Positions 28,236 through 38,870 of a DNA stretch of 63,444 bases are shown piece by piece. The stretch spans positions 1 to 63,444 of IMG/VR virus record IMGVR_UViG_3300044846_000637; one strand, 5' to 3'. The translations under genes and the position numbers were made by a program. Under the pieces are notes generated by a model. The model ran no database searches. It saw only the letters and a list, made by a program, of their open reading frames with translations, and was not told the DNA's origin. Position 1 is the stretch's first letter, and the number at the start of each line of letters is the position of its first letter. Source of the DNA: a virus. Taxonomy: Duplodnaviria; Caudoviricetes.

Positions 28236-30767
28236 TTACCGGGCGGCACCAGCTAATGTGGTTGCCAACTTGATTGGGTTTACTTTTTGGCCCTGCGCCA
28301 GTGGCAGTGCGATACCTGTGGCGAAGTTTAACTGTTGGGGCGTCAAATTCAAACCCTTTGTTACCTCCCCAAGACCGTAGTTGGTCAGGCCGCTGAGCAC
28401 GCCTTGGCCGAGCAGGTCTCCAAAGTCTCCGCCTTGCAGCAAGCCTTTGACCATTCCGGTCCCCGCGCCGGTTAATGCCCTGCCAGCGCCGGAAGCTGCA
28501 TCCAACCCTATATTTGGCATCAAGGAACCAATCCCCGAACTAATAACGGGGGAGATAGCGCCGCCAAGGAAGCCCTTCTCAAACTGCCCACCGCCGAGTG
28601 TAGTAAGACCCCCGCTTATGATGCCCTGAGTCAAGGCTTGGTTCAGCAATGTTGGGGCAATGGCCGCTGTGGCACCAGAAGCTGCAACCGCCGCACCGGG
28701 CAGCATTCCGCTCAGAGCAGCCCCTACACCGGGCAGAATAAATGGAAGCACCATGGCGATCATTGGCAAGGCATCTTGCAAGGCAGCACCAAGTCCAGCC
28801 TTTTGTTTAGAGGCTATCAGCACAGGGGTTCCGTCTTTGGCAAACTGCACGGTCAGGAAGTTTTTCTTTTTATTCATCCCACCGCTGCTAGATTGATAGG
28901 CAAGCTCATGCGTGGTGTCGGTCAGCTCCTCGCCTGTTTTCTTGTTGACAACAACGGTGCCAAGCTTCTCTTGATACTTTCCGTCTTTAAGCGTCGCTGC
29001 CTCTTGTTCAGAAAGGGGTTTAAACGCACTGTAGGAATTCTCCCCGTCACCTTCCGTCACGTACTTGCCGTAAGTGGTCTTTACTTGATCATCTGGAACC
29101 CGCACCCAGCCACGATTGGTTCCCTCTTCACCATCATAATAATTATAACCATTAGCACCTAAATCTTTAAGCTCAGTTCCATCAACCGTCATGTATTTAG
29201 CAACCGCAGTAGTAGTTCCAAACTTATCTTTCTCGCCCAAGTCCGCAAGACTTTTAACACCCTTGTCCGTAAGAATTTTGGTCATGACTTGTGGGTCGGC
29301 AAAAACGCCTTTGTAGTACTGACCACCAAGAACATTGCGCTGCTGCTCAATCTGACTGAGGATTCTTTCTTGTGGCGGTCTGTTCAGCTCATCCAGCGCT
29401 GGCTGCAACTTGTCCCCAAGCTTTTCTTTCAAAAACGGGTTCTGCAAAGAGGCTGTGAGAAACGCTTTGGTCTGCTCATCACTGCGGTTGGGGTCTGCCA
29501 ACAGCTTTTTGTAGTCAGCCTCGTAGTTTCTGGCGGGGTCTAGGTCTGCTTTCAGTTTTTTTGCATCGTAGTCTGCGGCCTTGGCCAAGTCCTCATCAGT
29601 GAAGCCGTACTGCTTCTGAAGAGCCAGAGACCGTTCAATCCTATCGGCGTCGGTCTTAACATTCTCGGCTCCAAGAACGCTGTCAACAATCTTGTTTGTT
29701 GTGTCGTCGTAGCTCTTGTCGATGGCGTCAAACACCTTCTGGTTTGTGCCCGTCAGTTCTGCTAACTTTTTGGCGTCGTAGCCGTAGTCGCGGCCAAACT
29801 TTACCGACTGGCGAGCCTCGTCAAAAGAGAGCTTGCCGTCTGCAAGGATGTTGGCTATTCCAGTTTTGGCATAGTCGGCAAAACCAGTTTTGTACGTGTT
29901 GAACACGTCATCGCCCAAAGTCCTCTTCATGGCCGCTTCGCTTAGGCCGGAGTCGTTGGCGTATTTAAACCCAGAGAGAATTCCAGACGTGTTTAAATCT
30001 GCCCTGCCTTCACCGGAGCCGTGCTTTGCATAATGCGCCTCGGCAAACTGTTGCGGAGATATGCCCATTGAATTTTTGGCGTATTCAGCCGCAACATCTG
30101 GGTTTTGATTGAAGTAGGCGGGCGCATCACTGCCAATGCCAAACGCTTTGTTAGTTTGAGCGACAGCCGCAGGTGAGGTATCTGTCAGAAAGTCCGTAAC
30201 GTAGGTGCTGTACTGGTCTTGCGGGTTTTTTGTTACGTAGTCGGCAACAGCGGTCTGAAAGTTTCTGTTGAATGCTTCTGGTGTTGAGTCACCCCTTTGG
30301 AGTGATTGAACCCAACCGTCATACCCAGCTTGATCTACGTTTGAAGCCTCTGTGCCTATGCCTGTGCGGCCAATACCTGCGTAAGCATCTTTGACCATTT
30401 GCTCAAAATTAGGCGCAGACCCAGTAATCACTCCTGTGGACATCGCTTGATTTACCATCTCCGGCGATATGCCATAGCTTCGAGCAGCGGTGACGGCATC
30501 ATTGTAGGGAATGGTTCCGCCAGCCTGAGCTGCCGCTTCTCGCGCAAGTTGGTTGACTTGATCTTGCGTATACGTGGGTGCAGCTCTTTGCTCCTTAGAG
30601 CCAAAATCTCGGTAGTGCGTAGCAGCAAACTGCTCGGGCGTAAAGTTGACGGTGTTAGCTAGATTGGGGTCACTAGCACGGTTGGCGTAAGCAGTCGCAA
30701 CATCTGGGTTCGCTTGGAAGTAAGCTGGCTGCGATGGGGTGAGTTGCGTTGTTGGTGCTGTAGCCAT
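28236..30767 (-). CDS. Putative virion protein with NPDV repeats and Gly-rich hydrophobic C-terminus
   Basis: Two YFxxNPDVA...HY..G..E.R repeats; C-terminal Gly/Leu membrane-like helices. Confidence 0.7.
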   Translation of the reverse strand: MATAPTTQLTPSQPAYFQANPDVATAYANRASDPNLANTVNFTPEQFAATHYRDFGSKEQRAAPTYTQDQVNQLAREAAAQAGGTIPYNDAVTAARSYGISPEMVNQAMSTGVITGSAPNFEQMVKDAYAGIGRTGIGTEASNVDQAGYDGWVQSLQRGDSTPEAFNRNFQTAVADYVTKNPQDQYSTYVTDFLTDTSPAAVAQTNKAFGIGSDAPAYFNQNPDVAAEYAKNSMGISPQQFAEAHYAKHGSGEGRADLNTSGILSGFKYANDSGLSEAAMKRTLGDDVFNTYKTGFADYAKTGIANILADGKLSFDEARQSVKFGRDYGYDAKKLAELTGTNQKVFDAIDKSYDDTTNKIVDSVLGAENVKTDADRIERSLALQKQYGFTDEDLAKAADYDAKKLKADLDPARNYEADYKKLLADPNRSDEQTKAFLTASLQNPFLKEKLGDKLQPALDELNRPPQERILSQIEQQRNVLGGQYYKGVFADPQVMTKILTDKGVKSLADLGEKDKFGTTTAVAKYMTVDGTELKDLGANGYNYYDGEEGTNRGWVRVPDDQVKTTYGKYVTEGDGENSYSAFKPLSEQEAATLKDGKYQEKLGTVVVNKKTGEELTDTTHELAYQSSSGGMNKKKNFLTVQFAKDGTPVLIASKQKAGLGAALQDALPMIAMVLPFILPGVGAALSGMLPGAAVAASGATAAIAPTLLNQALTQGIISGGLTTLGGGQFEKGFLGGAISPVISSGIGSLMPNIGLDAASGAGRALTGAGTGMVKGLLQGGDFGDLLGQGVLSGLTNYGLGEVTKGLNLTPQQLNFATGIALPLAQGQKVNPIKLATTLAGAAR

Positions 30768-30776
30768 AATTTTTCC

Positions 30777-31127
30777 TTACCCAACTTTCCAGTTTGTACC
30801 GTCAGAATATACGGGTACGGCAACAGCCCCGCCAGTAACAACGGTTGCCCCAAATGTTGGAAGTAATGCGTCCGTTACAAACGATCTTGCCCCAACTCCC
30901 GCAGTCGCTGCGCTGGGCAGTGTAGATACGGTGTAGTTGGTCAGAGCGGGCAGAATATCCGATACCTGCAACTGATTAAAAGTTGCGTCGATACGGTTGA
31001 AGTACAAGCGCAGCACGTTGTTAAGCTGATCCTGATACTGGCGGTCGTAATCCTGCGTGGCCAGCGGCAAGTTGGGTGCAATTGGCTGCCCCAGAACAAA
31101 CTCAGAAATCACTACTTTCATACTCAT
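30777..31127 (-). CDS. Virion protein (tail-associated)
   Basis: APNLPLA..Y...NNVLRLYFNR N-terminus and VPVYSDGTNWKVG fibre-like C-terminus. Confidence 0.6.
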   Translation of the reverse strand: MSMKVVISEFVLGQPIAPNLPLATQDYDRQYQDQLNNVLRLYFNRIDATFNQLQVSDILPALTNYTVSTLPSAATAGVGARSFVTDALLPTFGATVVTGGAVAVPVYSDGTNWKVG

Positions 31128-33319
31128 CTCCTCCCATCAGATTTGATGTCGATTCGAGGAGCGCCAAGCTGCCACGCTGTGCCAAGGCGGTCGGACTCAA
31201 CCTTAAAAATGATCTGGCGTCCGCGAACCCGGATGTATACCTGCCCCGTGAACTCCTCAATTGGAGCTGTGGCAATGCGTTGGATTGCCGCACTGCTGGT
31301 TCCATTGGTGGACAACGGGCTGTTGAACCCTGAGCCGGAATTTTGCATTGGAAGCAGCGTCATGGTGCATTGAGGAGTAACACTTCCAGTGGAATTGCGG
31401 AAGGTCAAGTCAGGGATAACACGCCAGATAAAGCCAAAGTTGTGGCCATCGTCAATATCAAACTCAGACGAGCTAATAGATGCCGCAATAGCAGTAGGAG
31501 TGCTGGTCTCATTGTTGTCGTTGCCTTGCTCATGGTTGACCAAGTTGTAGCTGTATGTGGCAGCCAACGGGTAGTCGCGCAGGCCAGAGTCCAGCCATGC
31601 CGTGCGGCCCATCGTCCCGTAGTACCAGATGTCCTCGGCGTAGTTGTAAACGACATACCTGTTCACCACCGTGCTTCCAGCAGAGCAGTAGAACCACCAG
31701 ACCTCATTGAAGCCCTCGTTGGTCCCTGCAAACACCTGTTGGTATTGCGATGCGTTGATGTCGCTGAAAATGTACTGGCGCAGATCGCAACGCAGGGTCT
31801 GGACTCGACCGTCATACTTGTAGAACTTGTCCACACCCATCCAGTAAACAATCCCGGAAGCCGTTGCTGCGCCGTTGGGGCTTGCAATAGATAGGTTATC
31901 CCCCAGTAACTCGCTTCGCCAAACAACGGGAGCGCCAACGTATTGCAAAGAATAAATGGCGGAGTCCGACCACACCACAATTTCTTGACGGGTTTGCAAA
32001 CAAGTTACCAGCTCAGAGCCGTGAGAGAACTGAATGCTGCCAGCTTGATTGGTGGCGGCAGGAAGCCAGTTGACCGCGCTCTCCTGATCTGACCAGCGAA
32101 TTAGCATAGGGCTTTGAATTACGGAGCCGTAGTCGTTACAGCCGAACGCAAAAACAAAGCGGTTGATGTCCGACACGAAGGTGAACTTCTGCACCGTAGG
32201 TACGCTGGATGCGCCGTTTAAATATTGCAGGGGCACTCCGCGAGTAGTCACCTCGGTCGTGGCGTCCCAGTAGTAGATGCCGCCATCACGCGGAGCAAAA
32301 ATCAAATCTTCGCCAAAGTTGGATTGACTCCAAAGACGCAAGTTGCCTAAGACAGTAACTCCAGTACCCCAAGCTCCAGACCCCCATGCACCCGCTCCCC
32401 AGCCTACAGATGGAACTTGAATTTCTGGCCCTACGTTAATCTGGTACTGCGCGGTAACTGTGCCGCCACCCGGAGAGCCTGATACGTCCGTGGCATTAGC
32501 TGTCGCTGCAACGGTGATGGTGTAGGTGTCGGGGTTAGGGCTAATATCCGTTACCGTAACTTGGTACTGTCTGTTAAGAACGCCAGCGGTGATGTTGCCA
32601 CCCAAGCCCGTAGCGCCACTAAACGTCACAAAGTCGCCGGTAACGCAGCCGTGATCAACATGGGTCACCTCTATGACGGAGGAGCCAAGAGTTGCTTCAA
32701 AAGGATTGGTAAGTACAAAATTAAACTTTGTGTACGTTGCCGACACAGTGCCCCCGCCGCCAGTTACGGTAGAGGTTGCTGAGGTAAAGACAGTGATTGT
32801 GTAGTCATCAACCCCGACAACCGTTACCTTGTGATTGGTATTGAGCGCCTCTGCTGGGATGCCGCCAACCGCAACAGCGCCAGAAAATGTAGCAACATCC
32901 CCGGTAGTTAGCCCGTGGGCGGTGTCGTTTACATTAATGACCGCCGAGCCAGACGTGGTATCAAATGGGTTGGTCAGCGTTACAGGCAACTCGGTGTAGG
33001 AGCGCAGTGGCGTGATGTCGTTATATAAACCGCCACGCTCAATGTAAAACTTCAGGCTCGTACCAACGCCGACGAGGTTTTCGCGGCCAAGAGTGACCCA
33101 ATTCCACAAAGACCTGCAAACACCAAGAAACGTGTTGGAGGAAATGCGCTGCCAGCCGCCAATCTTCTCTGGCGTTCCAGAGCGAAACCGCACCTTCTCG
33201 GACTCGTACCATCCGCCAACAGCCTGCGTAGATGAGCCTACCGGGCCAAGGGCTTCCGATGCGTAGCGGGTTTGCTCTCGGCTTACGCCGGGTCTGAACA
33301 GGAGTTTTTTAAGCGGCAT
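31124..33319 (-). CDS. Tail nozzle / DNA stabilisation protein (P22 gp10-like) with inserted beta-domains
   Basis: VRFRSG.PEKIGGW, IRWSDQE, YWMG..FYKYDG, EVWWFY; two NPF.T..GS..I.V....HG..TGD..TFSGA inserts. Confidence 0.7.
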   Translation of the reverse strand: MPLKKLLFRPGVSREQTRYASEALGPVGSSTQAVGGWYESEKVRFRSGTPEKIGGWQRISSNTFLGVCRSLWNWVTLGRENLVGVGTSLKFYIERGGLYNDITPLRSYTELPVTLTNPFDTTSGSAVINVNDTAHGLTTGDVATFSGAVAVGGIPAEALNTNHKVTVVGVDDYTITVFTSATSTVTGGGGTVSATYTKFNFVLTNPFEATLGSSVIEVTHVDHGCVTGDFVTFSGATGLGGNITAGVLNRQYQVTVTDISPNPDTYTITVAATANATDVSGSPGGGTVTAQYQINVGPEIQVPSVGWGAGAWGSGAWGTGVTVLGNLRLWSQSNFGEDLIFAPRDGGIYYWDATTEVTTRGVPLQYLNGASSVPTVQKFTFVSDINRFVFAFGCNDYGSVIQSPMLIRWSDQESAVNWLPAATNQAGSIQFSHGSELVTCLQTRQEIVVWSDSAIYSLQYVGAPVVWRSELLGDNLSIASPNGAATASGIVYWMGVDKFYKYDGRVQTLRCDLRQYIFSDINASQYQQVFAGTNEGFNEVWWFYCSAGSTVVNRYVVYNYAEDIWYYGTMGRTAWLDSGLRDYPLAATYSYNLVNHEQGNDNNETSTPTAIAASISSSEFDIDDGHNFGFIWRVIPDLTFRNSTGSVTPQCTMTLLPMQNSGSGFNSPLSTNGTSSAAIQRIATAPIEEFTGQVYIRVRGRQIIFKVESDRLGTAWQLGAPRIDIKSDGRR

Positions 33320-33328
33320 GGGCAACCT

Positions 33329-33766
33329 TTACTTGCTGGCAACGCCTTTGGTTTTCTCAAAAGACCTCATCCCAGCGATGCCCAATATGCCTGATAGTAT
33401 CACCCAAAGCTGGTCGGCGTCCAGTACGGGAGGAGGCTCCAACCCCGCAGGAATCCACCCTGTAGCCTGTGCCCACTTCCAACCCCACTGGAACAGTGGA
33501 TAGGCCAAGAACTGGTAACCCATAGCCGCAACGCCGATCCAGCCGATGGCGGGACGCCAGCCAGAAACAAACACGCTGGAGCTTGCAGCCTCGATCTTGT
33601 TGACCTCAATCTGGGCAAGGTCGGTGGCTTGGTCGATGCGCTTTTCCTCAAGGTCCAGCTTGCGCTGCTCGACTTCCATTTCCAGACGTTCTTTGTCGGT
33701 GGTGATCAGGTCGTCGGCAACCTTGCCCACAGCTTCAATGATTGATCCAACGCCAAGTAAGTTCAT
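33329..33766 (-). CDS. Holin (GTA 3TM-holin-like)
   Basis: FVSGWRPAIGW...LSGILGIAGMRSFEK; start MNLLGV overlaps the endolysin stop. Confidence 0.85.
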   Translation of the reverse strand: MNLLGVGSIIEAVGKVADDLITTDKERLEMEVEQRKLDLEEKRIDQATDLAQIEVNKIEAASSSVFVSGWRPAIGWIGVAAMGYQFLAYPLFQWGWKWAQATGWIPAGLEPPPVLDADQLWVILSGILGIAGMRSFEKTKGVASK

Positions 33767-34278
33767 TTCAGCCCTTTCAGTGTGCGGTTCAGCCAACCCT
33801 TGAGGAACTTGACCTGCACGGGGTTCTTGTTGCAAATCTCAACGTACCGGGCGATCTTTGCCAAGGCGTACTGCTCCTTGAACCGTTGGCCGTCAGGTAT
33901 CTGGTTTAAACGCTCCACGGTCTTGGCTCCAATACCACCATCAGGGGTAGCACCAACCACAAGCTGCGCCAGCTTGACGGCCATGCTCATGCCAGCGTTT
34001 ACACCAAAGTTGAAGATGGTGTTGGCCACGTCTTGGTTGTTGATCTCGTTGCCGCGCATCTTGTCCCAGAACTCGGCACGGTAGAAATCACGCACCATAG
34101 GGGTAGCGGCTCCAAGTTCATTCTTGTCCACCAGCACCCATCCGGGCCACTGCGGGTTCTTGTTCCGGGCAATGCCAGCGTAGGTCATGCCGCCCGTATC
34201 ACCGGGGACATCGTGGAGGACGTAGCCGCCCTCGTCAACCATCATCAGCTCAAAGGCGGGTTCAAACTGTGCCATCAC
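33763..34278 (-). CDS. Endolysin, glycoside hydrolase family 108 + peptidoglycan-binding domain
   Basis: EGGY..D.GG.TYAGI, DGGIGAKT, FLKGWLNR. Confidence 0.92.
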   Translation of the reverse strand: MMAQFEPAFELMMVDEGGYVLHDVPGDTGGMTYAGIARNKNPQWPGWVLVDKNELGAATPMVRDFYRAEFWDKMRGNEINNQDVANTIFNFGVNAGMSMAVKLAQLVVGATPDGGIGAKTVERLNQIPDGQRFKEQYALAKIARYVEICNKNPVQVKFLKGWLNRTLKGLK

Positions 34279-34703
34279 GCGCCTTTCGATGTGGTGATCG
34301 AGTCCTCGCCCTTGGAGACCGTGACCTTTTCGCCTTCCACAGTAACCCGCATTGGAGGCTCCTTGCGGTCCAAACGATCCAGCTTGTCGATCAGGTTCTT
34401 GATGACCTCGAACTCAGGCTTCTCTTGCTTGGGGTTGGCCCCGGCAATGCCGTTGAGCATAGAAATCAAAGCAGTCAGCGCAGAGCCTAGCAAGCCCATC
34501 ACCGCAGCGATCTTGGACTCATCTAAGAACAAGGAGGCACCCACACCAATGATGATGATCAGCGTGATGTAAAACAGTCCGCCCTCACCAATCGCTTTGC
34601 CAGCAATCTCCTTGGCCGGGGATGCCGCGTTCAGTTTGTCCAGCTCAACTTGCGCTTGGGCCTTGATGACCGCCAGCTCGTGTTTCAAATTTTGCTCATC
34701 CAT
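34275..34703 (-). CDS. Two-TM membrane protein (lysis cassette)
   Basis: Two hydrophobic helices; GTGA overlap with the endolysin. Confidence 0.7.
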   Translation of the reverse strand: MDEQNLKHELAVIKAQAQVELDKLNAASPAKEIAGKAIGEGGLFYITLIIIIGVGASLFLDESKIAAVMGLLGSALTALISMLNGIAGANPKQEKPEFEVIKNLIDKLDRLDRKEPPMRVTVEGEKVTVSKGEDSITTSKGA

Positions 34704-34791
34704 ATATCACCCCAATAAAAATGTAGACGCACCAAAGCACAAGCCCGACCAGACTGGCCGCTGCAATAAAGGCAACGAACCAGTCTTTCAT
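34696..34791 (-). CDS. 31-aa membrane peptide
   Basis: MKDWFVAFIAAASLVGLVLWCVYIFIGVIYG after GGAG RBS. Confidence 0.55.
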   Translation of the reverse strand: MKDWFVAFIAAASLVGLVLWCVYIFIGVIYG

Positions 34792-34793
34792 GA

Positions 34794-36404
34794 TTAAGGC
34801 TCCGCGTAGTATGTTGCGCGGAAAGACAGCACGCCACTTTGAAATTGCGAGCGCGTAATAGGGGCGTATGTTCCAGAAAAAATCCTGATAATGCTGCCGG
34901 TCACGTGCCCAAAAATCAAGTTGCTTACCGTAACAGCGTCGGCCCAAAAAAAGATCACATCGCCGTCGCCATAAATGTCGCCCTCACCGGCAAAAGGCAG
35001 GCCAGCAACAGTCACCTGATCTGACGGGCTAAATGTCGGCAGGTTGTCAATAAACATGTACCCCCTAAGCGTGACCATGTCCCCAATTTTGGTGTAGATG
35101 CCCGACTGCCCGACATACGTAATCCCCGTTGCGGAGCCGTCAACCCTAATTGAGGGGGTCCATGTGCCCTGAGAATACGCGCCGCCGCCGCCAACTGTGG
35201 CCCACGATGTGTCGCTGCCGTTGGTCGTCAGGAACTTGCCGGAGTTGCTTGTCTGTGATGGCACCAAAGCGTTGAACGCTGTGTTGGCTGTGGTTTGCCC
35301 CGTGCCGCCGTTGGCGATTGGCAGTGTGCCAGTAACGCCCGTAGTCAGAGGAAGCCCCGTAGCGTTGGTCAAAACACCGGATGCCGGTGTGCCAAGCGCA
35401 GGTGTAACCAATGCGGGGGATGTGGCAAACACCAGCGCACCAGAGCCAGTCTCCCCGGTAACGGCTGCGGCAAGGTTGGCAGATGATGGGGTTGCCAAGA
35501 AGGTAGCCACGCCAGAACCAAGACCGGATACGCCAGTGCTGATTGGCAGTCCTGTTGCGTTCGTCAGTGTCGCGCTTGTCGGCGTCCCCAAAATAGGGGT
35601 AACCAAAGTTGGGCTTGTCGCAAAGACTGCCGAGCCGCTGCCTGTCTCGTCTGTTAGGGCAGCAGCTAAATTGGCAGAAGTGAACGACCCCAAAGAAGTG
35701 GCGTTGCCGGTCGAAGTAACTGCGCCTGTTAGGTTGGCGTTGGTTGTCACAGTGCCTGCGGTCAATCCAGACGCGGTGCCCGTGATGTTTGTACCCACCA
35801 GTGCGGAAGGCGTGCCCAGAGCTGGGGTCACCAGCGTTGGTGAATTTGACAACACGACATTGCCCGTTCCCGTGGAGGTCGTAACACCTGTGCCGCCGTT
35901 GGCAACCGCCAAAGTACCAGCAACCGTGACCGCGCCAGAAGTGGCGGTGGCAGGAGTCAGACCCGTTGAACCAAAACTGATGGTAGCGACGCCGTCAACC
36001 ACGCTGGTGGCAACCTTGGTGAAGTCGCTTCCGTTCCAAGCCGCTACGCAACGCTCGCCTGCCACGATGGTGATGCCGGTGGTTGGGCCTGTGCCCCGCA
36101 GAACGATGGAGCCCGTGCCGGAGTTGACGACCACATACGTTTTGCTACGTGCTGGCGCTGTGATGTTGCGTGTGGTAGCTCCGTTGCTAGCCGTCCACAA
36201 GATGATGGCTTGCCGCGACTCATTGGCAGCAAAGTCCGTATCCGTCAGAGTTACGTCTGCGTCCGTGCTGAGCGTGGTGGTTCCTGCAACTGCGGAGTCG
36301 ATCAGCGTAGTGATCTGGTCGTTGGTGTTTGTGCCCCATGTGCCGTCCCACTCCCCCTGATCGGGAAGAGCGAGGCCGAGGTTGGTTGTGCTGTTGATTG
36401 CCAT
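34794..36404 (-). CDS. Tail fibre protein
   Basis: GTWGT.TN N-terminus, SPTLVTPxLGTP and GTLxxANGGTG repeats, C-terminal GTWTP...YTKIGDMV receptor-binding-like domain. Confidence 0.8.
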   Translation of the reverse strand: MAINSTTNLGLALPDQGEWDGTWGTNTNDQITTLIDSAVAGTTTLSTDADVTLTDTDFAANESRQAIILWTASNGATTRNITAPARSKTYVVVNSGTGSIVLRGTGPTTGITIVAGERCVAAWNGSDFTKVATSVVDGVATISFGSTGLTPATATSGAVTVAGTLAVANGGTGVTTSTGTGNVVLSNSPTLVTPALGTPSALVGTNITGTASGLTAGTVTTNANLTGAVTSTGNATSLGSFTSANLAAALTDETGSGSAVFATSPTLVTPILGTPTSATLTNATGLPISTGVSGLGSGVATFLATPSSANLAAAVTGETGSGALVFATSPALVTPALGTPASGVLTNATGLPLTTGVTGTLPIANGGTGQTTANTAFNALVPSQTSNSGKFLTTNGSDTSWATVGGGGAYSQGTWTPSIRVDGSATGITYVGQSGIYTKIGDMVTLRGYMFIDNLPTFSPSDQVTVAGLPFAGEGDIYGDGDVIFFWADAVTVSNLIFGHVTGSIIRIFSGTYAPITRSQFQSGVLSFRATYYAEP

Positions 36405-36407
36405 GAT

Positions 36408-36857
36408 TTACTCCGGTTGTGTGGGCCAGTTAATGTCCCAAGGGAAATCTGATTGTGCAGTAATGTCGCGCAGTTCTTGACGATAAGCTGCCCACGCGGT
36501 TTGGTCAACAGGGGCGTCAGCAACCTGCGTCCAATCGCTGTCCTTGAGCTTCTCGCCACGGGCTTGGCGCACAGCCGCAGCCTGCTCGGAGTCCTTGATG
36601 GAAATACCCTCGGCGTCCATGTCGGCTACGCTGTACTTGGTGTACCACTTGCCTTCAATCTGCTCCACGCCATCAGCAAAAGCTACTTGGTAGCGTGTAG
36701 GTTGCGCTTGTGGGCCCTCAAAGACCACATCAGCGCCCAAAGCCTCTAGGACTTCGATTGTTGTTTGACCCCATGTAGGGCCACCATTGGCTTGCTGGTA
36801 ACGACGAAACTCGCTCTCATACATCACTGCGCCTGTTTCGCGAACTCTGATTTGCAT
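36408..36857 (-). CDS. Tail fibre assembly chaperone
   Basis: R..R..KL..SDWTQ.AD....WAAYRQELRDI......WP..P signature. Confidence 0.85.
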   Translation of the reverse strand: MQIRVRETGAVMYESEFRRYQQANGGPTWGQTTIEVLEALGADVVFEGPQAQPTRYQVAFADGVEQIEGKWYTKYSVADMDAEGISIKDSEQAAAVRQARGEKLKDSDWTQVADAPVDQTAWAAYRQELRDITAQSDFPWDINWPTQPE

Positions 36858-36866
36858 GGTTGTTCC

Positions 36867-38867
36867 TTATGCGATTGCCAAAAAGATGTATGAACCACCC
36901 GAGGCATTGATGGCTGCGTCAGCACTAACAAGCTCAAATCCTCCGGTTGCTGTGTAGACGTTATTGGCATTGACTTCGCCCGTTGTTAAAGTTGTCGTCA
37001 AAGATGGGTCTGTACCGCTTACCATGCCACGGGCTGTATCCCAAACCAACCAAGTTGCAACAGCATCAGTGCGCTTAATAAGGACAAAACGTGCGCCACC
37101 AGTAAAGCCGCAAGCAATGGTCTGAGTTGCGCCATTTCCTGTGTAGCTGCCAACTTTGGAAACGCCGGGACAGCTTGCAAAAAGGTAGGTAACAATAATT
37201 GCGCCTTCAGAATAGAAGTTCGTGCTTTTTACGGTTGTTGAAGTTGCGTTTGCATAATCAACCCCAAGACCACTACCACCAGCCGCCCCAGACCACGCAT
37301 CGCTTTTGTTAAAAAGGCCATAGCCATCGGTGGCGGCGCAAACATACCAAAAACCGAGCGTTGATCGAGATTTGAAAATTACAAGTTCAGGAGCTACGCC
37401 TAAATTGTGCGTAATAGCCGAACTTGAAGGAGAACACACCTCATCAAAAAAACCGGGGGCACGCTTAAATGCGTAAGCAATTTGGCTCAAAGATCCGTAG
37501 TTAATAAGGCGAGTAAAATCATTACCCGCACCAAAGCCGTTCATGGCAGAAAAAGAATTTCCGTATCCGACGGTGGGCGTCATAAATGTGTCGGCGTCAG
37601 TATTTTCACCCCCGGTAGTAGCGGTGCTTAATGAAGCATTTCCCCGCAGCCTATCAGCCACATAAAAACTACCGCTGTTTGCTGTTCCCCTAGTGCGGGC
37701 AATTGTCATATCCGTCACAAGCCCTGTGTTAACCAAGCGGTTGTCTACGTTTGTTGCTGTGTATGCAATTGGAGCAAAAACACTTGTCCCGGTTTCTGGG
37801 ACTTTCATGGGTCCACGGCGTATGGCGATGTAAATGTATTCGGCGTTTAATGTGTTGGAGAACGTAGATGTATTTGTAAGCTGGAATCCAGTCGAAGTCG
37901 GATTAAAATTGGTAGATAAATATTCTGCATTGGCATCATCCAGCTCAACAAAAGAATCATCCCGCATATTTAGGCCGCGAATGTTATCGGCCAATATCCA
38001 ACCGCCATTGACAACACCGCTGGCAGCTTTAATCAGAACCAACTGGGGTTCGTAGCCAAGGTTTATTTCTGGCCCTGTAGCGCTTCCGTTGCCAGTGTAG
38101 CCACCGCATGAAATTACATTGTCCGTTCCAGTAAGGCCAAACCCACCGCTGTCATGCGCGAACAAGTAAGCCACATAAGTACCGCCAGCCTCACACACAT
38201 CGGCAGCGCCCCCGTATCCACCAAGAACGTCAAATGTTGTTGCTGTGGGGGCGGTTGTGTTCCACACAAAATCATCTGACACCTCCATGTCTTCGGAGTT
38301 CAGCTTGATGTAGTAGTTTGGAAATTCTGGGCCATACGGAGTGCTCAAACTCCTGTGGTAAACAACCCAATCTGCGGATGCGTTTGTCCTCTTGATCATG
38401 ATGCAACCCGGCACACTGCCAAGTTGATGCGAGACCGTTAATGCGTCACCATTGCCAGAGTATGTGACTACATCAAAAAACTTTGACTGCTTGCGGAATG
38501 TCCATGAAACATAGGTTGCAGCATTGGTATTCAGCTTTGCCAATGCACCCAAAGCAAAACCGGTAGATGAAAACGAGGTCAGCCCTGTTGCTTGGGTTGT
38601 TTGTGCTGTGCTTAAGTTTGAAGCAATATCAAACGTAGCTCCACGGGCGGTGTCATACCAAGCGTGATCTGTCGCCCCTGATCGTCTCTTTATCCATGTA
38701 AGACCGCCCTTACCCGCCAGATCAATCCCGTTGGTGATGGTCTGTGTAGCGCCGTTGCCTGTGTACAGCCAAGTGCTGAACACGTCCTCAATGTAGTTCG
38801 GGACAGCAGCCGAGCCGCCGCCAAAAGCATCGTAACTAGCTGCACCACTGGTTGCTTGTAATGGCAT
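36867..38867 (-). CDS. Repeat-containing tail fibre / receptor-binding protein
   Basis: Repeated Y(T/S)GNG...(W/L)IK(R) modules; ends with YIFLAIA. Confidence 0.75.
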   Translation of the reverse strand: MPLQATSGAASYDAFGGGSAAVPNYIEDVFSTWLYTGNGATQTITNGIDLAGKGGLTWIKRRSGATDHAWYDTARGATFDIASNLSTAQTTQATGLTSFSSTGFALGALAKLNTNAATYVSWTFRKQSKFFDVVTYSGNGDALTVSHQLGSVPGCIMIKRTNASADWVVYHRSLSTPYGPEFPNYYIKLNSEDMEVSDDFVWNTTAPTATTFDVLGGYGGAADVCEAGGTYVAYLFAHDSGGFGLTGTDNVISCGGYTGNGSATGPEINLGYEPQLVLIKAASGVVNGGWILADNIRGLNMRDDSFVELDDANAEYLSTNFNPTSTGFQLTNTSTFSNTLNAEYIYIAIRRGPMKVPETGTSVFAPIAYTATNVDNRLVNTGLVTDMTIARTRGTANSGSFYVADRLRGNASLSTATTGGENTDADTFMTPTVGYGNSFSAMNGFGAGNDFTRLINYGSLSQIAYAFKRAPGFFDEVCSPSSSAITHNLGVAPELVIFKSRSTLGFWYVCAATDGYGLFNKSDAWSGAAGGSGLGVDYANATSTTVKSTNFYSEGAIIVTYLFASCPGVSKVGSYTGNGATQTIACGFTGGARFVLIKRTDAVATWLVWDTARGMVSGTDPSLTTTLTTGEVNANNVYTATGGFELVSADAAINASGGSYIFLAIA

Positions 38868-38870
38868 GGT

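Noticed and set aside
35197-36360. Long + strand ORF (387 aa)
   Set aside because: Antisense shadow of the Thr/Gly/Ala-rich tail fibre; no RBS or recognisable motifs.
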